Virus record (IMG/VR): IMGVR_UViG_3300032320_002027
Location: 1 to 31,944 of that record
Length of the DNA stretch: 31,944 nucleotides
Source of the DNA: a virus
Taxonomy: Duplodnaviria; Caudoviricetes
Direction: 5' to 3' (one strand)
Below are positions 8,137-17,329 of the stretch, in pieces. Made by a program: the position numbers and the translations under genes. The notes below the pieces were generated by a model. It did not search any database, was not told the DNA's origin, and worked only from the letters and a program-made list of their open reading frames with translations. The stretch's first letter is position 1. Every line of letters starts with the position of its first letter.

Positions 8137-8994
8137 TTACCAGGCTCCGCTAATCGTGGTGAAGTCGCCCGTATCGGGGAACGGCTGTCGCCAGTAGATT
8201 TCGCGCGCGCGGTTCGCGCCGTTCACCACCTTCGTAGGAATCTTGCCCGTGCTGTCGCGCGCTGGGTACTGGATCAGGTGGTATTCCGAGTCCTCCACCA
8301 TTCGATGCATGGCGACGAACGTCGAAAGCCCCGTGCGGCGAATGCTTCCGCCCGTGTAGAGAACCTTCCCAGCGGGGAAGCCCTCCCAGTCGCCGCTATT
8401 GCGCTTCCCGCGGAAGGCGCGCATATTTGCCACGATTGTGGGGACGCCCGAATAGTTGCTGATCGTCTCCGAAATCGTAATTTCCGACGTGTACTTCAGT
8501 CGCGAGACTGGCGCGCCTTCGATATCGATTTGCGTACCCGAGGAAATCAGCGAGGTCGCCGCCGCCGCGCTAATCGAACCGTTCGCAGGGTATGTCGGGT
8601 TCTCTATCCAAGTGTCGGTAAAGCCCGATGCAACGTCGATAGTCCATTCGACGTAGCCCACTTCGCCAGGCTGCGCGCCCGTGGTTACCTGGTTATTCGA
8701 ATACGTCCACGTTACGGTCCAAATGTCGGTATTCGGTTCGCGCGCAATGGCGTACGAACGCGCGTAGATAGTCGTTTCGCCTGGGAACAGGTCGCCTTTC
8801 GTCGGCAACGAATCGGGCGTGGTCGCGGTCCCGAACAGCCCGCGCACGTCGGCGGGTTCGTCAATCGACGCGGGGAAGGCGTCTCCGCGTCCCGCGCCAT
8901 CGTAGAGTTTGAACACGCGCGACGCCGTAACGCGTCCCGTATCGTAATTGTACGAACGCGACGCGCTCTGTTCGATGCAAACGAAAGACGCCAT
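8137..8994 (-). CDS. Putative distal tail/minor tail protein, 285 aa
   Basis: Immediately downstream of the tape measure with abutting stop/start; beta-rich. Confidence 0.65.
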   Translation of the reverse strand: MASFVCIEQSASRSYNYDTGRVTASRVFKLYDGAGRGDAFPASIDEPADVRGLFGTATTPDSLPTKGDLFPGETTIYARSYAIAREPNTDIWTVTWTYSNNQVTTGAQPGEVGYVEWTIDVASGFTDTWIENPTYPANGSISAAAATSLISSGTQIDIEGAPVSRLKYTSEITISETISNYSGVPTIVANMRAFRGKRNSGDWEGFPAGKVLYTGGSIRRTGLSTFVAMHRMVEDSEYHLIQYPARDSTGKIPTKVVNGANRAREIYWRQPFPDTGDFTTISGAW

Positions 8995-10191
8995 TTATGC
9001 AAACCCTCCGCTACTGGCGTTCTCCGCCATGCGCTTCGTGTTGTCCGCGATTTCCTGCTGGATTCGTTTCTGTTCCGCCGCTGGGTACGGGTCGAACGTG
9101 AACGAACCCAGCGCGGTGGACGCAGACGATGCCGAGCGCGACGCCTGTTCGGTCGCCTTGACGGACCGCGCCTTAAGGTCGGCGGTTTCCTGTTCAAGCG
9201 CGAACCGTTCTTCGATAGCCTCGCGCTCCGCGTCGGACTGCGCGGCTTGCAGCGCGGCTTCCTTTTCCATTGCGCGCAACGCGCGGTCGCGTTCGTCCGC
9301 AGCCTTCCGCGCGCCTTCCTCCCCGCCCTTCGCAGCCGCCACCGTGTAGTCGCGTTCAATCCTCGCGCGCTCCGCGAGTTCGTCCGCAGCGCGGGCGCGT
9401 TCGTATAACGCGTCCTGTTCTTTCTGCGCCTTATCGGTGGTCGCCTGGATTTCCTTCGCGCGCGCTTCCTCCGCCTTCGCGGCTTCCTCCGCAATGGTCG
9501 CCAGTTTCGCGTCGCGTTCCTCCGCGAAGCCCTTGCGCTTTTCCTGGTTCAGTTTCAGCAGCGCGTTTAGTTCAAGGTCGGAGATGCCTTCCGCGATGGC
9601 GCGTTGGGTCGCCAAGTCCTGTTCGGTAATCTTCGCTTCATACTCCGCGCGCGCGATAGCCTCAGCGTCGCCCTTCGCGCGGACGCGGTTCAGTTCGTTC
9701 GCAATCTCCACCGAACGCCGTTCGTACGTCATCCCCGCGGCGTTTTTCTGCTGTCCCTGTTCTTCCTTCGCCGCAGCCGCCGCAGCCTCCAGGCGTTTCG
9801 CCCTGGCGGCGTCTTCCTTTTTCGCGAGTTCCTCCGCAGCCTTATCCGCAGCCCCGAAGGTCGCTTCGTAGATTGCGCTCCCTAGGTCTGCGAAAGCCCC
9901 GACGAAGGGAATCGTCTTCAGTCCATCCAGAATCGCGTCGGGTAGGGACTTATCCGAGCGCAGGACGCCAGCCGCAGCCTTCGCGAGTTGCGCCGCAATC
10001 ATCGGTCCCGCGAGTTGCCCGATTATGCCCTTGCTCTGTTCGGTGAACTTCTCTCCCCACTTAATACCGAAGCCCTTGCCCGCTTCCTCTCCAGACTTGA
10101 CGGATACCGCCTTCGCCTTCGATAGCCCTTGCTCCAGGGCATCCAGGCGCGCGACGATATCGACGTATGCTTCGCCAGCGGATGCGCTCAA
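8995..10191 (-). CDS. Tape measure protein (short, 398 aa)
   Basis: N-terminal AGEAYVDIVARLD typical of tape measure proteins, Ala/Glu/Lys-rich helical body, follows the chaperone genes. Confidence 0.75.
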   Translation of the reverse strand: MSASAGEAYVDIVARLDALEQGLSKAKAVSVKSGEEAGKGFGIKWGEKFTEQSKGIIGQLAGPMIAAQLAKAAAGVLRSDKSLPDAILDGLKTIPFVGAFADLGSAIYEATFGAADKAAEELAKKEDAARAKRLEAAAAAAKEEQGQQKNAAGMTYERRSVEIANELNRVRAKGDAEAIARAEYEAKITEQDLATQRAIAEGISDLELNALLKLNQEKRKGFAEERDAKLATIAEEAAKAEEARAKEIQATTDKAQKEQDALYERARAADELAERARIERDYTVAAAKGGEEGARKAADERDRALRAMEKEAALQAAQSDAEREAIEERFALEQETADLKARSVKATEQASRSASSASTALGSFTFDPYPAAEQKRIQQEIADNTKRMAENASSGGFA

Positions 10192-10400
10192 ATCTCACCT
10201 CGCATAGCGCGTTCGACGTACTCGCGCGGGTCGGTCGGCAACGTGCGCTGGGGGCTACCGCGCGCGACCAGCGCGGAATACGCGTTGAACTCCGCGACGG
10301 ACAGCGCGAGCGGGTCGGGGATGAACGCTTGCGTTGCCAATAGGTACGCTTCCTCTACCCATTCGCGCCGCCGTTCGCGCCCTGCGAACGGCGTACCCAT
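10188..10400 (-). CDS. Tail assembly chaperone, -1 frame extension (gpT-like part of a G-T fusion)
   Basis: Open -1 frame from the slippery site to the ATGA overlap with the tape measure start. Confidence 0.7.
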   Translation of the reverse strand: MGTPFAGRERRREWVEEAYLLATQAFIPDPLALSVAEFNAYSALVARGSPQRTLPTDPREYVERAMRGEI

Positions 10401-10768
10401 TTTCCCAGTTCCTCCGACCATTCGAACCCGATCAGTTGCAGGGCTAGTTCGGTGAACGTGTCGGGGCTGAAGCCCTGGGTAGCCTCGCTGAACCCAGCGG
10501 ACCCAGTTGAACAGCCGACAATCTGCGTCGCGCCTTCCAGCGTGAAACACCAACGCACGATTTGCGACGTGAGCCGCGCGCCCTCGCGCGCCTCGCGCGC
10601 GCGGTCCAGCATGGCGGGCGTGTCCAGCCCCGCCAGCCGAGCGTCCGCGATGGCGTCTTCGGCGGCGCGCTGCGCCAGGATCGATTGCATGGAGACAAGT
10701 TCACGCACGGACAGCGGGCGGAACCGCCGCGGCTGTCCGTCTACAAACACGATTGCATCCCCGATCAT
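10355..10768 (-). CDS. Tail assembly chaperone (gpG-like), 137 aa
   Basis: Between tail tube and tape measure; FRPLSVREL motif; slippery heptamer near the 3' end. Confidence 0.75.
   Translation of the reverse strand: MIGDAIVFVDGQPRRFRPLSVRELVSMQSILAQRAAEDAIADARLAGLDTPAMLDRAREAREGARLTSQIVRWCFTLEGATQIVGCSTGSAGFSEATQGFSPDTFTELALQLIGFEWSEELGKWVRRSQGANGGANG
10400..10406 (-). other. Programmed -1 ribosomal frameshift slippery site G-GGA-AAA
   Basis: In-frame CTG GGA AAA TGG (L-G-K-W) fits X-XXY-YYZ; the shift enters ATG GGT ACG (MGT...). Confidence 0.8.
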
Positions 10769-11061
10769 GCCACGCCCCTTTGGATCATGCGCGATAGCCG
10801 CGCGAACTCTGTTTCCACGTCCTCCGCAATCACGCGCCTACGGTCGGCGTCGCGCTGGACGGTTGCATCCACGATATCGGATTGCTTCCACGGTATGGAA
10901 CGCAGCGCGGTACGCAGGGCATCTTCCCGCGTACCGCGCCCAGGCGAGATTCGGAGAACCTTCGATTCTCCGCCAGCGCGCCACAACGTCACCACCCAAT
11001 CCGAGGCGGACGGGGCGGCAATGGAAAGCGCGAGTCCAGCGGCGTTCGCGCGTGGGTCCAT
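10765..11061 (-). CDS. Hypothetical protein, 98 aa
   Basis: Abuts the tail tube stop and has an ATGA overlap with the chaperone. Confidence 0.65.
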   Translation of the reverse strand: MDPRANAAGLALSIAAPSASDWVVTLWRAGGESKVLRISPGRGTREDALRTALRSIPWKQSDIVDATVQRDADRRRVIAEDVETEFARLSRMIQRGVA

Positions 11062-11517
11062 TTAGGAACCCGTGGACCAGACAATCGTCGGTCCGTTGCT
11101 GTCGTTCATTTCGAAGTTAACGGTTACGGTGTTGTCGCCGTTCTTATCCGCGCTGAGTGCGACGCTGGAGAACACACAGCCGAACTCCATAAGCGCGCCC
11201 GTTGCGGACGTGTTCGTAACGGCGGTTCCGCCAGCCAATGCCAGCAGCAGCGTTCCGCCAAGTTGCGCCGCGGGAAGATTGCTCGCGATTGCTCCGAACG
11301 GACTCTGTCCCGTGGTGGCGTTGGAGTACCACGGAGTTCCGCCCAGGCTTCCCGTAATGTCGATTACGCCCAGGCGGCGAACCTTGCCCGTATGGCTGAA
11401 GCCCGTGAGGTCGCTGGAGACGTACGCGACGTTCGCCGCCCAAGTCTTCACGTTGAATCCGACGCCAGACGGAAGAACGACGTTGCCTTCGTTGCCGACC
11501 GTGTAAGTAATCGCCAT
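11062..11517 (-). CDS. Major tail tube protein, 151 aa
   Basis: Strong GGAGGA SD; beta-rich G/T/S composition; canonical position after the tail terminator. Confidence 0.7.
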   Translation of the reverse strand: MAITYTVGNEGNVVLPSGVGFNVKTWAANVAYVSSDLTGFSHTGKVRRLGVIDITGSLGGTPWYSNATTGQSPFGAIASNLPAAQLGGTLLLALAGGTAVTNTSATGALMEFGCVFSSVALSADKNGDNTVTVNFEMNDSNGPTIVWSTGS

Positions 11518-11538
11518 GCTGAAATCCTCCGTTCGGGC

Positions 11539-11952
11539 TTACGCCTTACGTTGCCCGATTATTTCGTATGTCTCAGATATCGACCAAATCTGGTCTTCGA
11601 ACACGGGTACGCCGCGGACGCGCAGGATGCAACGGGCGCGGTCGAAGTTGGACGGCGCGATATCGACGCCGTCCAGCAGGGTCCGCAATGCCTCCATTGC
11701 CGTTAGCAGGGTGGTAGTTCCGTTCGCGTGAGAATCGTACGCGGTGAACACGACCGAAACGGCTTCGGTCCGCGAGTTGTCCATGCCCCGTTCGAAGCGG
11801 GTATTCGACGCGGAGTACACGCAGAGCGGCAACGCCGTATCCCCAGGCGCGGACTCCAGGTAGACGCGCGACGTAAGGACGTTGAAGAACCCGCCCGAAC
11901 CCGTGGACGTGGCAAGTTTGGTACGGAGCGCGGTTAGGATCGCTTGCGACAT
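11539..11952 (-). CDS. Tail terminator/completion protein (DUF3168-like)
   Basis: TAATG coupling; RVYLESAPGDTALPLCVY motif; synteny. Confidence 0.7.
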   Translation of the reverse strand: MSQAILTALRTKLATSTGSGGFFNVLTSRVYLESAPGDTALPLCVYSASNTRFERGMDNSRTEAVSVVFTAYDSHANGTTTLLTAMEALRTLLDGVDIAPSNFDRARCILRVRGVPVFEDQIWSISETYEIIGQRKA

Positions 11953-12602
11953 TAAGTAACCTTCACCGTTACGCCCTTGCCAGCCCCGCCGCCTGGCGGG
12001 AACCGCTTGGCGATGGCGCGTTCCATCGTTGGCGCGAACAGGTCGCGGACGGCTGCGATTGTAGGGCGGAGGTACGGGCGCGCAGCCGCGCGCCCCATGC
12101 CCCATTCAATCCGAGCGTACTTCAGAGCCGAACCGTACTGGTATGCCACCTGGGAACCGTCCGACGGGACCAGGACCACGCGCGCGGCTACCACCTTGCC
12201 GCGGCGGCGTCCGCCTCCGCCGTCGCCTCCGCCTGGAGTCGGTTCCGCGGGGACGGCTGTCCCGCCTGGGATGCTGCTGCGCCCGATTTGCCAGGACCGA
12301 CGGAGTGTTCCAGTATCGACCGCGGGCGGTTCGCCTGGGCGGCTGGCGCGGTGGAAGCCCGATTCGCGGAGATTGCGCGGAGCGCGGAAGCGGCGTTCGA
12401 CCGCCTCCACCTGTTCCACGGTCCGAGCGCGCCGCATGGCGCGCGTCCGAGCGTTGGCGCGACGGTAAAGGCGACCGCTTCCAGGTTTCGACAGTTGCGC
12501 GCGGACGGCGCGCGACAGAATCAACATGAACGCGACGCAGCCTTCCGATACGGCGGCTTGCATCTTGGCGCGGAACTCTGGATTGTCGCGCCAGCCACTC
12601 AC
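11952..12602 (-). CDS. HK97 gp10-like neck/tail-completion protein
   Basis: PAVDTGTLRRS, YARIEWG and ARPYLRP motifs. Confidence 0.75.
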   Translation of the reverse strand: MSGWRDNPEFRAKMQAAVSEGCVAFMLILSRAVRAQLSKPGSGRLYRRANARTRAMRRARTVEQVEAVERRFRAPRNLRESGFHRASRPGEPPAVDTGTLRRSWQIGRSSIPGGTAVPAEPTPGGGDGGGGRRRGKVVAARVVLVPSDGSQVAYQYGSALKYARIEWGMGRAAARPYLRPTIAAVRDLFAPTMERAIAKRFPPGGGAGKGVTVKVT

Positions 12603-12973
12603 GACGGAAGTACCACCGTTTCCCCTGCGCGCTTGACGCAGTCCACGACCGTATGCGAATTCGCGCCCGCGGCTGGGCGCGTGATCGGGACACGGACGCC
12701 CGTAACGTGGTAGTAGGTGGTCCCGTTATCCACGGTCAACACGTCATCCGTCCGAATGTCGGGCGTCCCCGCGAAGTAGCAGACGGCGGACGTGTTCATA
12801 TCGTCGCGCCCAGCGAAGTTCCCGTCCGCAGCCCCGCGGGGCTGTATCCAGCCCTGGTACGAAGCGGCAACGGCGAACGCCTGGGTTACGGAACCGATGG
12901 CGGAAACGCTGGGCGTCGGGCGCGCAACGCTTACCGCGGTCCCGTGGCGCAGCAGCAGCGAGAGGACCGACAT
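12599..12973 (-). CDS. Head-closure (stopper) protein
   Basis: 124 aa, beta-rich, PDIRTDDVLTVDNGTTYYHVTGV; synteny. Confidence 0.7.
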   Translation of the reverse strand: MSVLSLLLRHGTAVSVARPTPSVSAIGSVTQAFAVAASYQGWIQPRGAADGNFAGRDDMNTSAVCYFAGTPDIRTDDVLTVDNGTTYYHVTGVRVPITRPAAGANSHTVVDCVKRAGETVVLPS

Positions 12974-12976
12974 GGG

Positions 12977-13828
12977 CTACCGATACCGCTTCCACGGCGC
13001 GAGCAATTTGCGCGTTTCCGAGTCCATTTCCGCGCCGCTTCGGATGGAATAGGAATAGTCCCCGAACGACTCCGACGCCAGCGAGGTATCGCGACCGCGC
13101 GACGTGTACGAAGCCGACGCCATTTGCAGACACGCCAGCACGATATCGGGCGGAACGGTTTCGAAGCCGCCATCGTAGTCCACGAACACGGACACGGGAC
13201 CAACGGGGAAGTTCCCGCCGAACTCCGTCGGGTATCCGTTTACCCCGATGTACAGGATGCCGCGTTCCAGGTCGCCCGTTACGTCGAACTGCGCCTGGTC
13301 GGGGAAGGTCAACAGGCACGGCGCGTATTTGAGGTCGCGCCCGACGATTCGGTTCAGTCGCTCCGCTACGCAGTTGGTCCCGAGCGACGCCAGGAAGCCC
13401 GTGGCGTTGCTGTTGATAGTCGCCACGATTTCCGCGGCGGTGTTGTGGGCGGCGTAGTTCACCTGGCTAACGGTTTCGTTTCCGTTGGACGCGACGCGGG
13501 TAAGCGTCACGCGGATATCGGAGACGGTCACCGTTGCCGACAGGTCCGACGCATCGGTGGACGAAACCGTAAGCGCGAGCCGCGAACCCGACCCGATGAA
13601 GTGGACATGACCAACGGGCGGGTTCTTCAGCACCACGGCGCGCGCGCCGTTTGCGCTGGTCCATTCCTTAATCCGACGTTGCACCACCTTACGGTCCAAG
13701 TAGGCTTCGATGGCGTAGGTAGCGCGGTCGATAGCGGCTTCCAACAGCGCATCGTCCGTGGAGGTCGTGATACCCAGATGCGCTTTCAGCGCGGCTAAGG
13801 TCGTTATTGCGTATTGGTCAACAGCCAT
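12977..13828 (-). CDS. Head-tail connector (gp6/gp15-like) with large insertion, 283 aa
   Basis: LAALKAHLGI...DDALLEAAI...IEAYLDR at the N-terminus; VPPDIVLAC...SESFGDYSYS...LLAPWKR at the C-terminus. Confidence 0.8.
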   Translation of the reverse strand: MAVDQYAITTLAALKAHLGITTSTDDALLEAAIDRATYAIEAYLDRKVVQRRIKEWTSANGARAVVLKNPPVGHVHFIGSGSRLALTVSSTDASDLSATVTVSDIRVTLTRVASNGNETVSQVNYAAHNTAAEIVATINSNATGFLASLGTNCVAERLNRIVGRDLKYAPCLLTFPDQAQFDVTGDLERGILYIGVNGYPTEFGGNFPVGPVSVFVDYDGGFETVPPDIVLACLQMASASYTSRGRDTSLASESFGDYSYSIRSGAEMDSETRKLLAPWKRYR

Positions 13829-13840
13829 AGCGTACCCCGT

Positions 13841-14167
13841 TCATCGGACATTTCCCCCGCCCAGTCCTGTCCGCGGTGGACGCCCGCGGCGGGGCTTCGG
13901 TGGTTCTGGAGGCGCGGCGGCTTCCTGCGGCGTCTGCGTGGCTGCTGGAGACGTCGGAGGTTCCTGGAGTGGCGCAGGGTCCGTCGGAGGCGCGGCGGCT
14001 TCCTGGGGCATTCCTGGGGCTGCTGCTGGCACGGGATCATCGTCGCCAGCGCAGCGGCAATAGCCGCGCGAGTGTAGCCATTCGAAGACGTGCCATTGGA
14101 CTTCGATCCGTGCGCCCGCCCGATACACGCTCCAGGGCTTGAGCAGGATTACCGCCTTGCCTACCAC
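13841..14167 (-). CDS. Small head-associated protein with Pro/Ala-rich tail and RRGRPP motif
   Basis: Overlaps the upstream gene end; short globular N-terminus plus low-complexity C-terminus. Confidence 0.55.
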   Translation of the reverse strand: MVGKAVILLKPWSVYRAGARIEVQWHVFEWLHSRGYCRCAGDDDPVPAAAPGMPQEAAAPPTDPAPLQEPPTSPAATQTPQEAAAPPEPPKPRRGRPPRTGLGGGNVR

Positions 14168-15354
14168 GCGGGACGCCCGTTCTTATGGAAGTCGGGCATG
14201 AACTGGTACACGGGTTCGAACTCCGTGCCGACCCAGGTCGCGACCATTTGGAGATGCCCGATCCGAACGTGCGGCGTCACGCCGATGCGCCAGCCAGCCG
14301 CGCGCGCCTTGCGCCAGAAATAAACGTCTTCGTCCACGCGCTTATCCCTCCACTCGCCGTCTTCGCCAGGGTCGCCCAGGAACCAGGGCTTGGCAAGCGC
14401 GCGCAGCGATTCGACGCGGATAAGCGTTAGCCCGAAATGCCCAAACAGAACGGGTAGCGTTAGTTCCTGAAGTCTCTCCACGGGAAGTTCGCGCAGCGGC
14501 TTTCCGTCGCCATCGTCCAAAGCGGAGATGATGGCGGAGCGGTCGCGCCCCATTTGCAGCGCGCAGACGGCGTCCATCTTCGTGTCTTCGATGATCCGAT
14601 GGAGCGCAACGATATCGTGCGCGTCAAAGATGGAATCGTAATCGATTGCCAGGACGTATTTCGCGTTCGGAATCGCGGCTACGTCGGACATGATCCGTTG
14701 CAGACACGCGCCCCAGAATACGCCCGTTGAACGGATGATCGGCATACCCAGCGCGCCCAGCGCGGTGGACACGCAATGAATGTTCTCCGTCCACAACAGG
14801 CGGGGAAGCGTCATCACGGCGACCACGCCTGGGAGCGGTTCAATCGGGAACCGCTGGCGTCCGCGCTTCACGAAGCGGAGATTTAGCGACACAGGAAGCG
14901 CGGCGCACGTCCCAGGTTCTCCGTTCCACTCGCCTTCCAGGTCGAAGCCCGCCGCGGCTGCGCACTCCGTTAGTTTCTGTCGGTTGAAGATGGCGAAGTG
15001 GCGGTCGTTCGCGTCGATATGCCCGCCCAGCAGATAGCGTTCCACCAGCCCGCCGCCGCCGTTCTGGTACATAGCCACGATTCGGTCGAAGTCGGGGACG
15101 GCGATTTCGCAGACGCCGCCGATGCGCAGCGCGCGCGCCCACTCGCGCAGAACGTCCACCGTCTGCGCGTATGGGATATGCTCCAGGACGTGCGACGCGC
15201 GGATGGCATCCACCGATCCGTCCACGATGCCGTCCAGGCTTTCCGCGCGCCTCCCTTGCGCGATATCCCAGCCCGTGTAGCCCTCTGCTGGTCCCTTCGG
15301 ACCGCAGCCGATATCCAGCCGAAGCGGCTGTCCTGTCTGCTGTTCCTGGATCAT
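14161..15354 (-). CDS. SAM-dependent methyltransferase fused to a GT-A-like glycosyltransferase domain
   Basis: RLDIGCG motif I and ASHVLEH in the N-half; LAIDYDS (DxD), FGLTLIR and EDVYFW...GH in the C-half. Confidence 0.8.
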   Translation of the reverse strand: MIQEQQTGQPLRLDIGCGPKGPAEGYTGWDIAQGRRAESLDGIVDGSVDAIRASHVLEHIPYAQTVDVLREWARALRIGGVCEIAVPDFDRIVAMYQNGGGGLVERYLLGGHIDANDRHFAIFNRQKLTECAAAAGFDLEGEWNGEPGTCAALPVSLNLRFVKRGRQRFPIEPLPGVVAVMTLPRLLWTENIHCVSTALGALGMPIIRSTGVFWGACLQRIMSDVAAIPNAKYVLAIDYDSIFDAHDIVALHRIIEDTKMDAVCALQMGRDRSAIISALDDGDGKPLRELPVERLQELTLPVLFGHFGLTLIRVESLRALAKPWFLGDPGEDGEWRDKRVDEDVYFWRKARAAGWRIGVTPHVRIGHLQMVATWVGTEFEPVYQFMPDFHKNGRPAW

Positions 15355-15387
15355 AAAGACAGCCCGACCGCGCAAACGGTCGGGCTG
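15354..15387 (-). terminator. Terminator/attenuator hairpin after the capsid genes
   Basis: 11-bp perfect stem CAGCCCGACCG/CGGTCGGGCTG (15360-15387) followed on the minus strand by TCTTT and then the ATG. Confidence 0.65.
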
Positions 15388-15409
15388 CGGTTGCACCGAT
15401 TGTAGCGGC

Positions 15410-15853
15410 TTAGGTGGACGAAGGAACGGAGACGTAGCCGCCGTTCGCTCCGATGCCAGCCGCGGTATTCGCGAGTCCGACCGTGGGCATTGCCAGGGTG
15501 GCGGAGCAAGCGATATTGGCGGTCGCGCCCGCGGGGCGCACCGTAACCTTCAGATACCGCTTCATCTTCGCGCCCGTGAGGTCGAACACATAGTGCGGCG
15601 CGGTGGTCGCGCTGCTGTTGTTCGTCGCGATGGTGAAGTCCGTACCGCCCGTGAGGTTAAGCGTACTGTAGGTGGTCGCATCGTCAGAACCTTCCACCTT
15701 CAGGGTGGTCGGAGCGTTCGAAATCGACATGAAGACAGCCAGGCGGCAAGCGCGGTAGCCGAGGGTATCGACCGAAGCGGTGGTATCCGCGTTGGTCGCC
15801 GCGGCGGCGGCGTTCAGGATAAGCGAGGACTTGGCGTTTGCGGGGTAGTTCAT
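15410..15853 (-). CDS. Putative capsid decoration protein, 147 aa
   Basis: Directly after the capsid gene, AAAGGA SD; VDTLGY...VEGSDD...KRYLKV pattern. Confidence 0.65.
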   Translation of the reverse strand: MNYPANAKSSLILNAAAAATNADTTASVDTLGYRACRLAVFMSISNAPTTLKVEGSDDATTYSTLNLTGGTDFTIATNNSSATTAPHYVFDLTGAKMKRYLKVTVRPAGATANIACSATLAMPTVGLANTAAGIGANGGYVSVPSST

Positions 15854-15871
15854 GGGTGTTGGTCCTTTCGT

Positions 15872-17251
15872 TTAGCGGGTAAGCGCGATGATCGGACCAG
15901 CGGTGGAAGCGTCGCCCGTGCCGTGGACAACGATATCCACGCGCTCCGTGCCGCGGATGGCGAGTTCGTCCTGTTCGAACGCGTTCAGCGCGCTATCCGA
16001 AGTGCGGAGCGTCACCTGGCGGCGGTCACCGAATGCCGCGCCAAGCGACATATCGCCAACGTACGCAATGTGGACGCCGTCCGTACCAGAGGTAACCGCG
16101 CTGGACATTCCCTGGACGAACTCCACGGGGTAGCCGTAGAAACGGTACTCGCGGGTTCCGTTATACGTCTCCGCGGCGGTCGCGCCGCCAACAGTCTGCG
16201 CGATGCGCTCAAACACGGCGTGGTAGACCGCCTTATGGCAGTAAATCTTGGCGTTCGGGGTAAGCGCGAACGCGGGGAGAGCCGCGAACCACTTCGACGC
16301 CACCGCAGCCGAAATCGCGGTGGTAATGTCGCCAGTACCCGCCGCGCTATCGATGATGGACGCCGCGCCAAGCGCGTTCTTCAGTCCGACGATGCCGCCA
16401 TAAGTGGTAGTACCGTCGCCGTTGAAGAGCGCATCGTCTTCCTTGCGCGCGAACTCCCAGGCGATTTCATCCGCCACCATATCCGCGATGGGGATGATGC
16501 TGTCCTCTGCGAGTTCGTTGCTGGTGGTTGTGAGGCACGAAAGTTTCTTCGCGACCAGCGAGACGTTCGACAGCGTCAGGGTCGATTCGGTGGTCGCCGC
16601 AGTCTCGCCCGTCCAGTACGCCGTGAGTCCAGCGGTACGGCGCGGAATGTTCAGCGTGTCGCGCGACATGGGGTAAACCTTGCAGTTGCGGCGGGCGACG
16701 CCGTAGACTTCGCGAAGGTTAATCAGGGTCGCTTCAAACTCGTCAGGAACCAGGAAGCCGCCCTGGCTGTTGACGCCCTCCGAATGCGCCTTCATGTTCA
16801 GACCGTTTCGGTTGCACCACTCCGCGGACTTCGAATGTCCAGCGGCGGCGAACAGGAAGCGACCGAAGCGGTAGGCGGTGCGTTCGTCCTTGAAGGACTT
16901 CACGCGACCACCGTACGAACGCGGAAGGTCGTTGTCCTGGGTCGGAATCGAAATGCCCTTGCGGACGGCAATGCCGTTGTCCGCGATGGCGGCGCGAATC
17001 TCCGAGCGGACAGCCTTCGCGACGGCGTCGGTAGCGGGCGCGGTATCCGCCGCGTCCTCCATCGGTGCGCCAGCGGCGGCGGGCTGGAGAACAACGTCGA
17101 TTGCGTCGGGCGCAATCGGGTTGCCGTCGCCGTCCACCACCAGACAATCGTTCATCATCACAGCCTTCGCATGGAGCGCGCCGCGCTCGCCATGCTGCGC
17201 GGCGGCGTTCTGAATAGCCGCCTTCAGCGCGTCAAGTGAAATGGTCTTCAT
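15872..17251 (-). CDS. Major capsid protein, HK97 fold, 459 aa
   Basis: GGFLVPDEF, AYWTGE, EDDALFNGDG and AFEQDELAIRGTERVD motifs. Confidence 0.95.
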   Translation of the reverse strand: MKTISLDALKAAIQNAAAQHGERGALHAKAVMMNDCLVVDGDGNPIAPDAIDVVLQPAAAGAPMEDAADTAPATDAVAKAVRSEIRAAIADNGIAVRKGISIPTQDNDLPRSYGGRVKSFKDERTAYRFGRFLFAAAGHSKSAEWCNRNGLNMKAHSEGVNSQGGFLVPDEFEATLINLREVYGVARRNCKVYPMSRDTLNIPRRTAGLTAYWTGETAATTESTLTLSNVSLVAKKLSCLTTTSNELAEDSIIPIADMVADEIAWEFARKEDDALFNGDGTTTYGGIVGLKNALGAASIIDSAAGTGDITTAISAAVASKWFAALPAFALTPNAKIYCHKAVYHAVFERIAQTVGGATAAETYNGTREYRFYGYPVEFVQGMSSAVTSGTDGVHIAYVGDMSLGAAFGDRRQVTLRTSDSALNAFEQDELAIRGTERVDIVVHGTGDASTAGPIIALTR

Positions 17252-17329
17252 TGGGTGTTTCCTTCCGCGTTCCGCTGTCGCTCCAGGCGCAGTCTCCAGG
17301 CACTCGCCGCCGACCTATGCGCCGCCACT

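Noticed and set aside
15593-17239. Long plus-strand ORFs opposite structural genes (also 4975-5943, 8278-9408, 12653-13798, 22504-23688)
   Set aside because: These are antisense shadows of well-supported genes in GC-rich DNA, with no motifs or RBS.
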